A stretch of 64,000 bases of DNA from a virus. Its lineage: Duplodnaviria > Caudoviricetes. Position 1 is the first letter of the stretch. The number at the start of each line of letters is the position of its first letter. Under the pieces are notes generated by a model. It saw only the letters and a list, made by a program, of their open reading frames with translations. It searched no databases and was not told the origin of the DNA. A program made the position numbers and the translations under genes. The stretch is taken from positions 288,001 to 352,000 of IMG/VR virus record IMGVR_UViG_3300049988_000286; one strand, written 5' to 3'. This document shows, one piece after another, positions 37,265 through 47,640 of the stretch.

Positions 37265-37915
37265 ATGGATTGGCTACTCCGCCTCGTAGTAGCCATCGGG
37301 CTCGCCTTCCAAGCCCCTTCCTCAACTATTGCTATCAGCCAGCCAAGTTCTCTGACGCATTTCAAGGCCGAACCCGAGGACCAATTCTTCATTAATCTCA
37401 CGGCTGTTCGCCATATCGTCTGCCCGGCTGTTGGCTCTGGCACCGGCGAGATCATCGACACCGATACGATCTTGACCGCGAATCATGTCACCAAGAATGC
37501 CGGAACGTGCATGGATGATGCAACCGGCGTAGCGGGCGAGGTCATCTACAGCAACGCTGATCTCGACATCTCGGTCATGCGGTTCCCGGCCGGAACCCTC
37601 CCGTCGAGCAAAATGAAGATCGATTGCTCCGGCTTCCGCAAGGGGCGGACCTATTACGCCATCGGGTGGCAGCGCGGCACCGACCTGATTGTCAACCGGG
37701 TGATCGGCACAGAGGAGTTCGGGATGCTGATCGACCGGAAGACCAATACGCTGTTCAACCGTGTCGCGCTCGTCAGGGGCAACATCATCCCCGGCATGTC
37801 GGGCGGACCGATCGTCGATGAACACGGCGTTCTCGTCGGCACCAATCAGGCGACGAACAAAGGCGGTATCGGGTGGTCGAGAGAACTCCGCGATACCTAC
37901 CTTTGCACCAAATAA
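37265..37915 (+). CDS. trypsin-like serine protease with signal peptide
   Basis: Catalytic triad TANHV / DISV / GMSGGP; hydrophobic N-terminus; TAAATA at 37226. Confidence 0.85.
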   Translation: MDWLLRLVVAIGLAFQAPSSTIAISQPSSLTHFKAEPEDQFFINLTAVRHIVCPAVGSGTGEIIDTDTILTANHVTKNAGTCMDDATGVAGEVIYSNADLDISVMRFPAGTLPSSKMKIDCSGFRKGRTYYAIGWQRGTDLIVNRVIGTEEFGMLIDRKTNTLFNRVALVRGNIIPGMSGGPIVDEHGVLVGTNQATNKGGIGWSRELRDTYLCTK

Positions 37916-38169
37916 TCGATCACACCACGGAAGCGTAACTCGAAGAAGGTGAAGTCCTCATCCGAGATGCGCGCCCAGCACCACGTACCGATAGTGTCGC
38001 GTGGCGGACCCGCCACGGCGGTTTCCTCAAGGGTCTGGTAGACCGATTGGATGGTTACGGGGTTATGACGTTCCTGAACTTTGGGAATAAAGAACCGCAG
38101 CGTGAGGTCAAGGCCACACGCCGCGCAGCCCTCAACAATAAGGGCGATCCGATCAAGGGGAAGGCTCAA
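37897..38169 (-). CDS. small hypothetical protein
   Basis: TTG start overlapping the upstream stop; SDEDFTFFELRF. Confidence 0.5.
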   Translation of the reverse strand: MSLPLDRIALIVEGCAACGLDLTLRFFIPKVQERHNPVTIQSVYQTLEETAVAGPPRDTIGTWCWARISDEDFTFFELRFRGVIDYLVQR

Positions 38170-38507
38170 CTGCACGCAAGAGTCACCATGGTGGCATCGT
38201 AAGCATCTAGGTCGGCATAGACACGGTACCGACATGGTTTGCCGTTACCTTCGTGATAGCGAAAGGTTGCTTGCTCCGTATCTGCCCAGCGGTAACGGAC
38301 ACCCCTATATCGATCGTCGTATTCATCGGGAGTGCCGTATATGGCTTCCACACGAAACGATACGGGTGAGGTGTTTTCGAGAACATAGCCAAAGCGTTCT
38401 TTGAAATTCTGCGGCTCCAGCGCCCATTGTTCATGCATCCAGCCGAGGATGGTTTCGTCATCGAGACGATCACCCTCGACAGTTACCTGATAGACCAACG
38501 CGCGCAT
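38166..38507 (-). CDS. hypothetical protein
   Basis: Follows glutaredoxin; C-terminal AYDATMVTL. Confidence 0.6.
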   Translation of the reverse strand: MRALVYQVTVEGDRLDDETILGWMHEQWALEPQNFKERFGYVLENTSPVSFRVEAIYGTPDEYDDRYRGVRYRWADTEQATFRYHEGNGKPCRYRVYADLDAYDATMVTLACS

Positions 38508-38511
38508 CGAC

Positions 38512-38748
38512 TTATCGTGCCGCCATCCACTTTACGAGATCGTCGTAGCCGCCAATGTGGCGACCCTCGATGAAGATTTGAGGCACCGTGCGGGGAGGAG
38601 CGCCCGTCTCGTTTGTGACACGCTCGATCAGGGTCTCGCGCTCGTCAACAGCGCTGCGCTCCTCATAGGCCATGCCCTCCTTTGTCAGCAGCGCCTTTGC
38701 TCGATCGCAATACGGGCACGAGGGCTTCGAAAATACCTCAACTTTCAT
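38512..38748 (-). CDS. glutaredoxin
   Basis: CPYC active site, TVPQIFI, IGGYDDL; next to nrdB. Confidence 0.93.
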   Translation of the reverse strand: MKVEVFSKPSCPYCDRAKALLTKEGMAYEERSAVDERETLIERVTNETGAPPRTVPQIFIEGRHIGGYDDLVKWMAAR

Positions 38749-38759
38749 AATTCATTCCT

Positions 38760-39851
38760 TTATAGATTGGGGAGTTCATCTAGTTCTACCTCGCTCGACA
38801 TAACGCCGATGACGTAATTACCCGATTCTGTTTCTTGCAAGGCCACCTGCTTCTTCGAGATATCGACATGCTTCTGGAACCACGGCAGCGGATTAGTCTT
38901 TGTCGGGTTCTCCAGATACTTGACCCCGATCGCTCCCAAGCGGGTCGTTGCCGTGTAATCGACGAAGTTCTTCAAAATCTCTGCATTGAGGCCGATCACG
39001 ACGCCGTGCTGGAAGAGGTAATCGGCCCACGCCTTCTCCTCTTCAATGACTTCGAGGTACATGCGATAGACTTCCGCCTCACACTCGACCTTGGCGCGAG
39101 CGAAGCGGGGATCATCCTTCACCACCTGCTTGATCAGGTAGGTGGTCCACTCCGTGTGGAGCAACTCGTCCTGCAAGATCAGCGAGATGATGTTGCCGTT
39201 GCCCATGAAGATGCCCTGCTCCATCCACGCAAGGCTGACTGCGAAGCTGGACAGGAAGCGGATGCACTCAAGAGCCAACGACGCATTGAGCGCCATCCAG
39301 ATCGCGTTGATGTGCTCCTGCTCATCTACCGGGATGTTCAACTCCTTGCGGATATTGAGGTTGTGCAGCCCATCGTAGTAGCGCCCCACCCCGGCTGCCA
39401 TCTCGACGATCGGTCCGATGTCGTGCATGGAGTCAAACTGCTCCTTGGGCATCTGGTAGACGTTGCGGATGATGTGGCTGTAGGAGTTGGAGTGGATGTT
39501 GGTCTCGAAGAACGACCAGTTACTCACAAGGGCTTCCAGTTCCGGAACGCTGCTCACAGGAGTGAAGATTTGCGAAGGCGCGCGCCCCTGTAGCGAATCA
39601 AGTGCCACCTGTCGCAAGATCGTCTGGGTGAAGATGAACTTGGTGGTGTCGTTGCTGTGCTTGAAGTCGATCTTGTCCTTGGTCAGGGTGATCTCCTCGG
39701 GCACCCAGAAGAAGCCACGAGCGATCTGCTCAAACTTCTGAATGCGCGGGTAGGCGACTTCCTCGAAGCGCTGGACCGTCACGGACCCGGCGGGATCGAG
39801 AAACATCTGCCGCTCGGTGTAGTTGGTAACCTTACTGTAATCGTATGCCAT
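38760..39851 (-). CDS. nrdB: ribonucleotide reductase class Ia beta subunit
   Basis: FFWVPEEI, LDSLQGR, ETNIHSNSY (radical Tyr), LECIRF, DELLH, QVALQETE. Confidence 0.95.
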   Translation of the reverse strand: MAYDYSKVTNYTERQMFLDPAGSVTVQRFEEVAYPRIQKFEQIARGFFWVPEEITLTKDKIDFKHSNDTTKFIFTQTILRQVALDSLQGRAPSQIFTPVSSVPELEALVSNWSFFETNIHSNSYSHIIRNVYQMPKEQFDSMHDIGPIVEMAAGVGRYYDGLHNLNIRKELNIPVDEQEHINAIWMALNASLALECIRFLSSFAVSLAWMEQGIFMGNGNIISLILQDELLHTEWTTYLIKQVVKDDPRFARAKVECEAEVYRMYLEVIEEEKAWADYLFQHGVVIGLNAEILKNFVDYTATTRLGAIGVKYLENPTKTNPLPWFQKHVDISKKQVALQETESGNYVIGVMSSEVELDELPNL

Positions 39852-39949
39852 ATGGTTCCTCAATAGTCCCACCAAGATAACGGCGAGATGTTCCTTTCTG
39901 CAATATAGAGACGATGCCCCCGAAATTACTCGGGGGCATATTTAGTATT

Positions 39950-42271
39950 CTACAAAACGCAGGCTTCACATTCGCCATCATCACCCTCTGTGATACCGCT
40001 GGGAAGTTCGATCTCTTCCTCATTCTCGGTCTTCGAGCCGCGCTTCTCCACAAGGCTGTAGTAGACCGTCTTACCGCCCCAATAGTGAAACAGCATCAGG
40101 TTCTTGGCGATCAGCGTCGCGGGAATCTTACCCCCCTCGAAGTGGCGCGGCGAGTAGAAGGTGTTGGTCGAGATGCTCTGATCGCAGAAAGCATTGAGGA
40201 CCGCCGACGTCTTGAGGTAGTCGATACAATCGGTCTGATCCCACATCAACTGGTAGCGGTTCTTCAGCTTCGCATATTCGGGCACAACCTGCACGAACGA
40301 ACCCGACTTCGACTCCTTGATGGAAATGAGCGCCATCGGCATCTCGATCCCGTTCGTGGAGTTGATCACCACTGAACTCGACTCCACCGGCGCAATGGCC
40401 ATCAGCGTCGCATTCTTGATCCCGGTGGTGAGCAGCTTGGTGCGAAGACCTTCCCAATCCAAGGCGGGGTTGGGAGTGAAATCGGTGAGATCGTTCACGC
40501 CCTTGGCGCGACGCTCCCACGGGAACACACCCTTGCCATACCACGTCGTCGCCGACTTCGAGCAAGCACCACGCTCTGCCGCCAGATCGGCGCTCGCTTC
40601 GGTGAGGTAGAAGGCCTGAAACTCCATCCAACGCTTCGTCTCCGCGAGCGCCTCGTCGGTGCCGTAGTGGAAGTTGCGCTTGGCGTGCCAGTAAGCGAGG
40701 TTGGTGACACCGATGCCGAGCGGCTGGTACTCGTCGTTGGACAGCTTCGACTGGATCGAGAGGAAATCCTGATAGCCGAGCAGATTAGACAGCGCGCGCA
40801 CGAGGACGCGAACGGCGTTGCGCATATCCTCTGGCTTGCGGAAGCTTCCCCAATTGATCGAACCAAGGGTGCACAGCGCGATCCGGCCAGCGGGATCATC
40901 GAGACGCTCGAACGGCTTGGTGGGCAGAAGGATTTCCACGCACAGATTGGACTGCACGATGGGATCGACCCGCACGTCGAACGGGGTCTGGCCGATCACG
41001 TTGTCGATGTTGACGATGTAGATACGACCCGTGTCGGTGCGCTCCTTGAGGAACCACTCCTTGATCACGACGGAAGCCGGATAGACCTTCTTGCGCAGAT
41101 CGTCGCGCTTCTCGTTCTCCTCATAGAGGCGTTCGAACAGCGCGGAGTCCTTGTAGAAGGCTTCGCGCATCTCCGGCACTTCGGCTGGGTCGAACAAGGT
41201 GATCGACTTACCCTCACGAAAGCGACGCCAGAAAAATGCACTCATGACCACAGCGTAGTCGAGGTGCCGAACGCGAGTTTCTTCCGTCCCCTGATTGTTT
41301 TTGAGGACGATGAAGTCATCGAACTGATAGTGCCAGATCGGCATGTTCATCGTCGCCGATGCGTTGCGGATACCCCCCTGTGAGCAGCAGCGCAGATCAC
41401 CGAACCACTTCTTGTAGAAGGGGATAATGCCGGTATGCTTGATCTCGCCACCACGGATCGGCGCATCAACGCCGCGCATCCGCCCCGCCTCAAGCCCGAT
41501 ACCCGCGCGCTTGGCCGCATACTGGGCCATCATCTCGCCGGTGGCGAAGATGCTGTTCAGGGTATCGTTTGAGGAGATGAGGACGCAGGATGAGAACTGC
41601 TTGGTCGGGGTGCCAAGGCCCGCGAGCACGGGTGTTGCGAGCGTGAACGCACCATCGCTGCCCGCCTTGTAATAGTCGCGCACGTAGGTGAGACGATCCT
41701 CTCCCTCCATGTGGAACGCCGTGGCGGCAGCTACCGCGTAGCGGACTTGCGGCGTCTCATAGACTTGCTTGGTGACGCGATTCTGGACGAGATACTTCTC
41801 GATCAACTGCTCCAAGGCGGAGAACGAATAGCGCTCATCCTTGGTGTGATCGATCATCTCGTCGATGGCGTCCCAGTCCTCTTTCGAATACCAGTCGAGC
41901 AACTCGGCGGTATAGGCACCGGCGGCGACATTCGTCTTGACGATCTCATAGAGGGGCGGGGGCGTGTAGCCACCATAGACATCCTTGCGGAGCATACGGA
42001 GACGCTGCCTACCCGCGACGTGCTGATAGTTGACATGGCCGGTCTCTGGATTGGATTCCATATCGACGAGATCGACCATGGCGCGCAGGAGCAGCTTGTC
42101 GATGTTCTCGCTGGTCATCCCATCGACGAACTGGATACGAGCGGCGATCTCGATCATCGAGGGGGAGACATCGTTTATGTCCCCACAAGCGCGAGCGATC
42201 TGCGTCTGAATCTTCTCTAGGTTGAGTTCTTCCTTCTTACCGCTACGCTTGATGATTTGAATGGGCTTCAT
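39950..42271 (-). CDS. nrdA: ribonucleotide reductase class Ia alpha subunit with ATP cone
   Basis: IIKRSGKKE ATP cone, FSSCVL, QSNLCVEI, ALCTLGS, C-terminal CEAC; no intein or intron seen. Confidence 0.97.
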   Translation of the reverse strand: MKPIQIIKRSGKKEELNLEKIQTQIARACGDINDVSPSMIEIAARIQFVDGMTSENIDKLLLRAMVDLVDMESNPETGHVNYQHVAGRQRLRMLRKDVYGGYTPPPLYEIVKTNVAAGAYTAELLDWYSKEDWDAIDEMIDHTKDERYSFSALEQLIEKYLVQNRVTKQVYETPQVRYAVAAATAFHMEGEDRLTYVRDYYKAGSDGAFTLATPVLAGLGTPTKQFSSCVLISSNDTLNSIFATGEMMAQYAAKRAGIGLEAGRMRGVDAPIRGGEIKHTGIIPFYKKWFGDLRCCSQGGIRNASATMNMPIWHYQFDDFIVLKNNQGTEETRVRHLDYAVVMSAFFWRRFREGKSITLFDPAEVPEMREAFYKDSALFERLYEENEKRDDLRKKVYPASVVIKEWFLKERTDTGRIYIVNIDNVIGQTPFDVRVDPIVQSNLCVEILLPTKPFERLDDPAGRIALCTLGSINWGSFRKPEDMRNAVRVLVRALSNLLGYQDFLSIQSKLSNDEYQPLGIGVTNLAYWHAKRNFHYGTDEALAETKRWMEFQAFYLTEASADLAAERGACSKSATTWYGKGVFPWERRAKGVNDLTDFTPNPALDWEGLRTKLLTTGIKNATLMAIAPVESSSVVINSTNGIEMPMALISIKESKSGSFVQVVPEYAKLKNRYQLMWDQTDCIDYLKTSAVLNAFCDQSISTNTFYSPRHFEGGKIPATLIAKNLMLFHYWGGKTVYYSLVEKRGSKTENEEEIELPSGITEGDDGECEACVL

Positions 42272-42308
42272 GTCTTGGTGGTCTCACTCTTGATTTTGGG
42301 ACTCCTAT

Positions 42309-42779
42309 TTAGTAGGAGGCTGCCTCGTATGATCGGCCGCAATACTGCCACACACCGGTGATTACTTGATCGGTGGACGGGTATTCGACGACTTCACCAA
42401 CAATATAGTTGAGCACATCTCTGTCGTCAATTTTAAGAACTAGCAACTCTTCGCTAATCCCATAATCGCGCAAATAGATGAGCTTGAGCCGTGAGGCATC
42501 CCAGCCAGCAAGCCGAAGAGTCATCTCCATCGCGAGCGCGACCATCTTGCGGCACCAATCCCCTTTGGCGATGCCCTCCCAAGGTGTGGGCCATTCCTTT
42601 GGCGTCTCGGGATTGTAGGAATGGGCGCTCAACGGCGCATTGCCCCAATAGGCGGCTACTGCCGCAAGGGCGTCCCGGTCGGGGAGGGTGGCGATCTGCT
42701 TGCGCAGTTCTTTCCACGATGCAAGGCGATCGTCGGCTGAATTCAACGCGACAAAAGGATTGGCGGCATGTGCTTTCAT
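42309..42779 (-). CDS. conserved hypothetical protein
   Basis: RLASWKELR, WPTPWE motifs; virion gene cluster. Confidence 0.7.
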   Translation of the reverse strand: MKAHAANPFVALNSADDRLASWKELRKQIATLPDRDALAAVAAYWGNAPLSAHSYNPETPKEWPTPWEGIAKGDWCRKMVALAMEMTLRLAGWDASRLKLIYLRDYGISEELLVLKIDDRDVLNYIVGEVVEYPSTDQVITGVWQYCGRSYEAASY

Positions 42780-42823
42780 GCCACCAAGTGTACCGACTGG
42801 GTTGTTTTATTTCAGTATGATTC

Positions 42824-43363
42824 TCAAATACCGGATGCGTTGGGCCAATTGCCCTCGATATCGATCGCCGCAATCTCTGCGGTCGAGATGGCGGCATCGA
42901 GGCGTGCTTTCAAATCCCAGCTATACTGATAAACACGATCGACAAAATCACCGGAAGCAACACCGATCGCGATCATCTCTCCTGCGTCCACGACTTTAAC
43001 GGAATTGTCGGCGAAGCGGAAACTCTTTGAGAAGTCCTGTCCCAAGGACAGAGCCGTGGTTGCCATGACGACGAGACCCAAGATATTTCGAATAGAGCGG
43101 TCATCACTGTCCACCACGCCACTCGGTGTGGGAGCGCCACCCGCGATGACGGCATCGCGACGATCCTCAACCTTCGACTTGCTGATCAACTTCGCGTTGA
43201 TGAGGGCATCATCATCCGAGGACTGGCTGACGATCGTCTCCGGCAGGTTCTCGCTGGTGCCGTCGTCGTAGTGGACCGTGATCAGGCTGTAGACGGTGGT
43301 GGTGCCACTAACCTCGTCGAGGGTGGTGCGCTGGGTTTCGACGCGGACAAATTCCGTAGCCAT
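42824..43363 (-). CDS. tail fibre assembly-like protein (DUF4376-like)
   Basis: VDSDDRSIRNI, FRFADNS, LKARLDAA.STAEIAAID; follows the tail spike gene. Confidence 0.65.
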   Translation of the reverse strand: MATEFVRVETQRTTLDEVSGTTTVYSLITVHYDDGTSENLPETIVSQSSDDDALINAKLISKSKVEDRRDAVIAGGAPTPSGVVDSDDRSIRNILGLVVMATTALSLGQDFSKSFRFADNSVKVVDAGEMIAIGVASGDFVDRVYQYSWDLKARLDAAISTAEIAAIDIEGNWPNASGI

Positions 43364-45255
43364 TAGATGTCCTCCAAGACGTTGATAGTAGTCCCAGCAG
43401 GAGCATTCCACTGCTGACCAGTATTACGCACGATAACGCGCACGACGTTGTACTGCTGCGGGATAGCGGTGATGGTGATCACCGATGTCTGGGAGACGTA
43501 GCTCGTGAAGTTTGCCTTCCAATAGCGGACCGTGACCGCACCCGGAATGGTGAGATCGAAGATTGTCGTAGTATTGGCACCGAAGGTAGCACCGCCGGTG
43601 AGCACATAGTCGTACGAGATACCAAGCTTGGGTGCCGGGGGATTGAAATTGTCCGCCACGTTCATCGGCGTATCGAACAACTCGTTACCGATCTTCTGGC
43701 TCGACGGTCCGGTTGTGACACCATCGCCGGTCTGCGCGAATGCCTTGATGCGACCAAGGCGGTTACGCATAAGGTTGTAGTTCAGACGCAGACCCACGCT
43801 GCCGTAGCGGGCGAGCATGACCCAACCACCGAGATTATCGGTTCGCCCGCACTCGTAGATGCGGTTCCACGAAAATGAACAGTCGCGGCACGAGTCATCT
43901 ACGAGAAGAACCGCGCCGAGGGTGCGACCCGAATAGGAGAAATAGTTATGGTCGATGCGGGTCTCGTTCGCCGTGATGCCGGTGTTGTCGAGGCCGAGGT
44001 AAATCGTTCCTACGTTGTCGTGCTGATTGTAGATGTAATCGACGCCGAATGCGCCGCGCAGACGAGCCGGAGCCTCCACATCTCGCATCTGATTGAAGGC
44101 GATGATGATCTGCTGACGCACACCCACGGTCTCACTAACCGGAGCCGAGCCCGAAATCTCGATACCACGGAAGCAGCGCGTCATGTTGTTACCAATAATT
44201 CGAAACGAACGCGTCTTCAGATTGTAATAATCGGGTGAGTTGATATACAGCGAAACTGCTGAACGACCACAATCCTCGAAGGTGCAATCCGACACGGTGC
44301 CACCACCGTTCTGGTACGTGACGCGATCACGCGGCTCGATATCAATCGCGGCAACACCAACGTTATCGTCTGGCGCTGTAATGTTGCGGAAAAGGCACCG
44401 ATGGATGGTCCAATTGAGGCAATCCTCAATCGAAATAGCATTGCGGTTGCGGCCGTCAATACCGTCATAGACATCTTCGACAAAGTGGAAGTTATAGTTG
44501 TGGCGAACGGTGTCGGGGCGCGAACCCATCCATGCGATAACGGCATCCGAGTTAAACGCAATGTAGTGCACGCGATGCGATGAGAATCCAGTCACACCAG
44601 CGAGTGCTACCAAGTGCTGGCCGTTGGCTGCGCCAGAGTTGTCGCCCTTGAGCGTCAAATCAGAGAGGTAGAAACCTTTGAGGTTATCAACCGGATTCTC
44701 GGACAAGGAGTTGTGCATGAAAAGATAGTTGTTGCGACCTTGGAAGATTACAGTCAACTCTGGACCGTCACCGAACAGGTGCAAGCCGTGCGCGGGGACG
44801 CCCGCCGTGGTCGAAAGGTTACCGCGATTCTCGATATAGTCGAGGGCGCTGGTGGAATTGGCGGGGCGACCCGGAATAACACCCGTCCACGGTCCGCAAC
44901 CGATCAGATACATACCACCCGGCCCGAGGCCCTTGCCGCCACGGAGATGGATGCTGCGATAACCCTGATCGATCAAACGCTGCAAGGCGGCGTCGTCGGT
45001 GACATCGCTGGGTAGGCGACCATCGTCGAGCGCGATCGACTCATTCAGCTTCTGATTGATCGTCTTGGTTGCGCTGTAGGGCGGCGTGGTGCCGAGATCG
45101 ACATCTGCAAGAATGTCTGCCTTCATGTCAGCGAAGGACATGCGGTTCGTCAGCGAGGCATTCTCACCCGTGCCGGAAATGAGCATGTACGCGTTATCGA
45201 TATCGAGGTCCGCTGGGAGGACGCGGGTAAGTTCGTTGATCTTCTTGTTCGCCAT
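43363..45255 (-). CDS. tail spike / fibre with right-handed beta-helix (pectate-lyase-like depolymerase)
   Basis: DDAALQRLID, IHL..G motif, repeated beta-helix rungs; TAAATA at 45261-45266. Confidence 0.75.
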   Translation of the reverse strand: MANKKINELTRVLPADLDIDNAYMLISGTGENASLTNRMSFADMKADILADVDLGTTPPYSATKTINQKLNESIALDDGRLPSDVTDDAALQRLIDQGYRSIHLRGGKGLGPGGMYLIGCGPWTGVIPGRPANSTSALDYIENRGNLSTTAGVPAHGLHLFGDGPELTVIFQGRNNYLFMHNSLSENPVDNLKGFYLSDLTLKGDNSGAANGQHLVALAGVTGFSSHRVHYIAFNSDAVIAWMGSRPDTVRHNYNFHFVEDVYDGIDGRNRNAISIEDCLNWTIHRCLFRNITAPDDNVGVAAIDIEPRDRVTYQNGGGTVSDCTFEDCGRSAVSLYINSPDYYNLKTRSFRIIGNNMTRCFRGIEISGSAPVSETVGVRQQIIIAFNQMRDVEAPARLRGAFGVDYIYNQHDNVGTIYLGLDNTGITANETRIDHNYFSYSGRTLGAVLLVDDSCRDCSFSWNRIYECGRTDNLGGWVMLARYGSVGLRLNYNLMRNRLGRIKAFAQTGDGVTTGPSSQKIGNELFDTPMNVADNFNPPAPKLGISYDYVLTGGATFGANTTTIFDLTIPGAVTVRYWKANFTSYVSQTSVITITAIPQQYNVVRVIVRNTGQQWNAPAGTTINVLEDI

Positions 45256-45283
45256 ACGACTATTTAGTCATGCATGAACACGA

Positions 45284-46060
45284 TCAGACGGTCTCGTGCA
45301 ACTCATCCCAGTTGAAGATATCGCCAGTTCCAAGATCGAGGAACTCACCCGTGCCGAGATCGAAGTAGAATGTCTCGGGCGTGATGTCGAAGCCGGGCAG
45401 GTAGTCGGGGCGCGATACTCGGAAGCGGAAGTCAAACACTTCCGTTGAATAATTCCTATACTGCATTTGCAGGTAGGGGGAAGTTACCGATCCAGCCACG
45501 ACGAAGCGGAACATGACTTGACCGAAGACAATCGAAGGGTCATAGTTCTGCGGTGCCGATTGGGTGAGGTCGCGCGCGGAGGAACCGTTATCATGCAGGA
45601 CCGCATCCTGATTGTCCGCGTGGGCGTATTGCAGCACCATCTGGCCAGCACGAGCGGGACGATCGCTGCTACCGATGAGGGTGTAGTCGATGAAGGCGCT
45701 CAACGCCGTGAGGTTGCGGATGCGGTAAGGGGCAAGAACACCATCACGGGTGACCGTGACATTCTGCCAATCATCACCGGTGTAGCAGTAGGTGGCGTAA
45801 TAGTCGCTACCTCCGCCTTCGCGCATACGATCACCGTGCATCTTGGCGAAGAGGTCGGTGGCGTTCTCGGTCAGGACTTCGATGTTCTGATAGGGGAAGG
45901 CGGTGCGCTGATACTGGGGCTGTCCCACCACGGGGTTGCTGCCGAGGAAGAGGCGTCCCTGATCCTTCGCGAACCCGAACTCACCGCTATCGAGCGCAAC
46001 CGGGAGCGCACTCGCCGGGCCATTCAGCACTATGATCTTGGTGATATCGATGTCCGCCAT
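45284..46060 (-). CDS. virion structural protein
   Basis: LDSGEFGFAKDQGRLFLG N-terminal motif; TAAATA at 46066-46071. Confidence 0.7.
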   Translation of the reverse strand: MADIDITKIIVLNGPASALPVALDSGEFGFAKDQGRLFLGSNPVVGQPQYQRTAFPYQNIEVLTENATDLFAKMHGDRMREGGGSDYYATYCYTGDDWQNVTVTRDGVLAPYRIRNLTALSAFIDYTLIGSSDRPARAGQMVLQYAHADNQDAVLHDNGSSARDLTQSAPQNYDPSIVFGQVMFRFVVAGSVTSPYLQMQYRNYSTEVFDFRFRVSRPDYLPGFDITPETFYFDLGTGEFLDLGTGDIFNWDELHETV

Positions 46061-46107
46061 AGGGGTATTTAGCCGAAAGGAAGAAACCTTGAACGACTAA
46101 ATACCTC

Positions 46108-47640
46108 ATGCGTTGGAATCAGATCATCACCGAAGCCGTATCGACATACCGCCCCATGTTCGCGTCCTTCTACCCAGAAGGAATCCCGCCATCCATCGTT
46201 CAGATGATCAAGAAGGTTGAGGCGCTGATGAAGCGCAAGGACCGTATTGTCTGGATGCTGCGTTGGGAGCGTTTCGCCGAATTGGGGTTCACACTTGACA
46301 TCTCTGCTCCGCCGGAGGAACTCGCGGTGGCGAAGAAAATCCAGCAGAAGCTGATGCGCGACCTTGCGGATCATCCCATCAATGTTTCGCTTGCCCGCAA
46401 CGAGAGCGACCGTGCCGCTAACATGTGGGACGACTTTGAGCATTGGTTCTCTCTACCGATCGCTGGTATTCAAAACTACGTCTTCCACAAGCAACTCCCC
46501 AGCGAGATCAATGCCGAGTTCATGGAGTTGGAGGACGAGTGGAAGGAGACGCGCAAGCGCGCGATCGAGCACAAATCAGGCGATAATTGGTACAAGGCAC
46601 CCACGAAGATCATCGACTTTGGTAACGGTTGGGCGTGGTTCGATCTGGAAAAATCATCATGCAGCGAAGAAGGCGACGCGATGGGGCACTGCGGTAACGG
46701 TGCGGGCTCTTACAACGAGACTGTCTTGAGCCTCCGCCAGAACGTGGGTGGCAACTTCTGGGAGCCCCACGTAACCTTCATCCTCGACAGCGATGGCTAC
46801 ATCGGAGAGATGAAGGGTCGGAACAACGAGAAACCCATCGAAAAATATCACGGGATGATCATCGCGTTGCTGAAGGACGATCGCGTAGAGGGTATTAAGG
46901 GCGGTGGCTACATGCCGGAGAACAACTTCTCACTCGACGACCTCACAGCAGAAGAACAGAAAGAGTTGAAGGCGTTGAAGCCCGGCCTCCGTTCCATCTC
47001 TGAACTCGCCAATGAGGGTTTGATCGAGGACGCCACCAAGGTGGCCAAGCGGTTGATCAGCGCCAAGGGTCTACCCGACTGCGATGCCTTCGATAAGGAC
47101 GGAGCGGTAGTGAGCGAATATCATAGCGTGGCGACTTTCGCAAACACTGAAATAGACGGCTATACAGAGATTTTCAACAATGTTGAGAGAGCCCTCGACC
47201 GAGAGGAAAACGGTGACTTCATGGCATCATCGTTCAGAGAGGAGTACTTCCTTGAATCATTGAAGCACCACATCTATGACCTGTTGGCGTTCCGAGCCGA
47301 ATGCCACGTGAAGTTTGGCAATAGCGTGAACGATCCGGTCAAGGTCTGCCTTAATTGGGCGGACTTGGACGATGCCCTGTATGACGGCGAGGATAGTTAC
47401 CACTCTGTCAGGGAAGCGCTGGACGAAACGGAGGACGGCCATGACCGTGAGACCCGCGATTACCTCGATGACATCGACGAGAGTATCATGACCGTTCTCG
47501 CTGACCGCAAAGGTAGCGGGGTCGCGTTCGAGCGACTCCTTGATGAAATCCGCGCCGAATATGGTGGTCTTGGAGGCTCGGGATGGGGATCACCAACGAG
47601 TCGCGATCCCGACCAGCTAGGCTTCGACTTCGGCGATTAA
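46108..47640 (+). CDS. late protein with capsid-targeting-like leader and PcfJ-like domain
   Basis: MRWNQIITEA leader; EEGDAMGHC, LSLR, PHVTF, EMKGRNNEKP; TAAATA at 46098. Confidence 0.7.
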   Translation: MRWNQIITEAVSTYRPMFASFYPEGIPPSIVQMIKKVEALMKRKDRIVWMLRWERFAELGFTLDISAPPEELAVAKKIQQKLMRDLADHPINVSLARNESDRAANMWDDFEHWFSLPIAGIQNYVFHKQLPSEINAEFMELEDEWKETRKRAIEHKSGDNWYKAPTKIIDFGNGWAWFDLEKSSCSEEGDAMGHCGNGAGSYNETVLSLRQNVGGNFWEPHVTFILDSDGYIGEMKGRNNEKPIEKYHGMIIALLKDDRVEGIKGGGYMPENNFSLDDLTAEEQKELKALKPGLRSISELANEGLIEDATKVAKRLISAKGLPDCDAFDKDGAVVSEYHSVATFANTEIDGYTEIFNNVERALDREENGDFMASSFREEYFLESLKHHIYDLLAFRAECHVKFGNSVNDPVKVCLNWADLDDALYDGEDSYHSVREALDETEDGHDRETRDYLDDIDESIMTVLADRKGSGVAFERLLDEIRAEYGGLGGSGWGSPTSRDPDQLGFDFGD

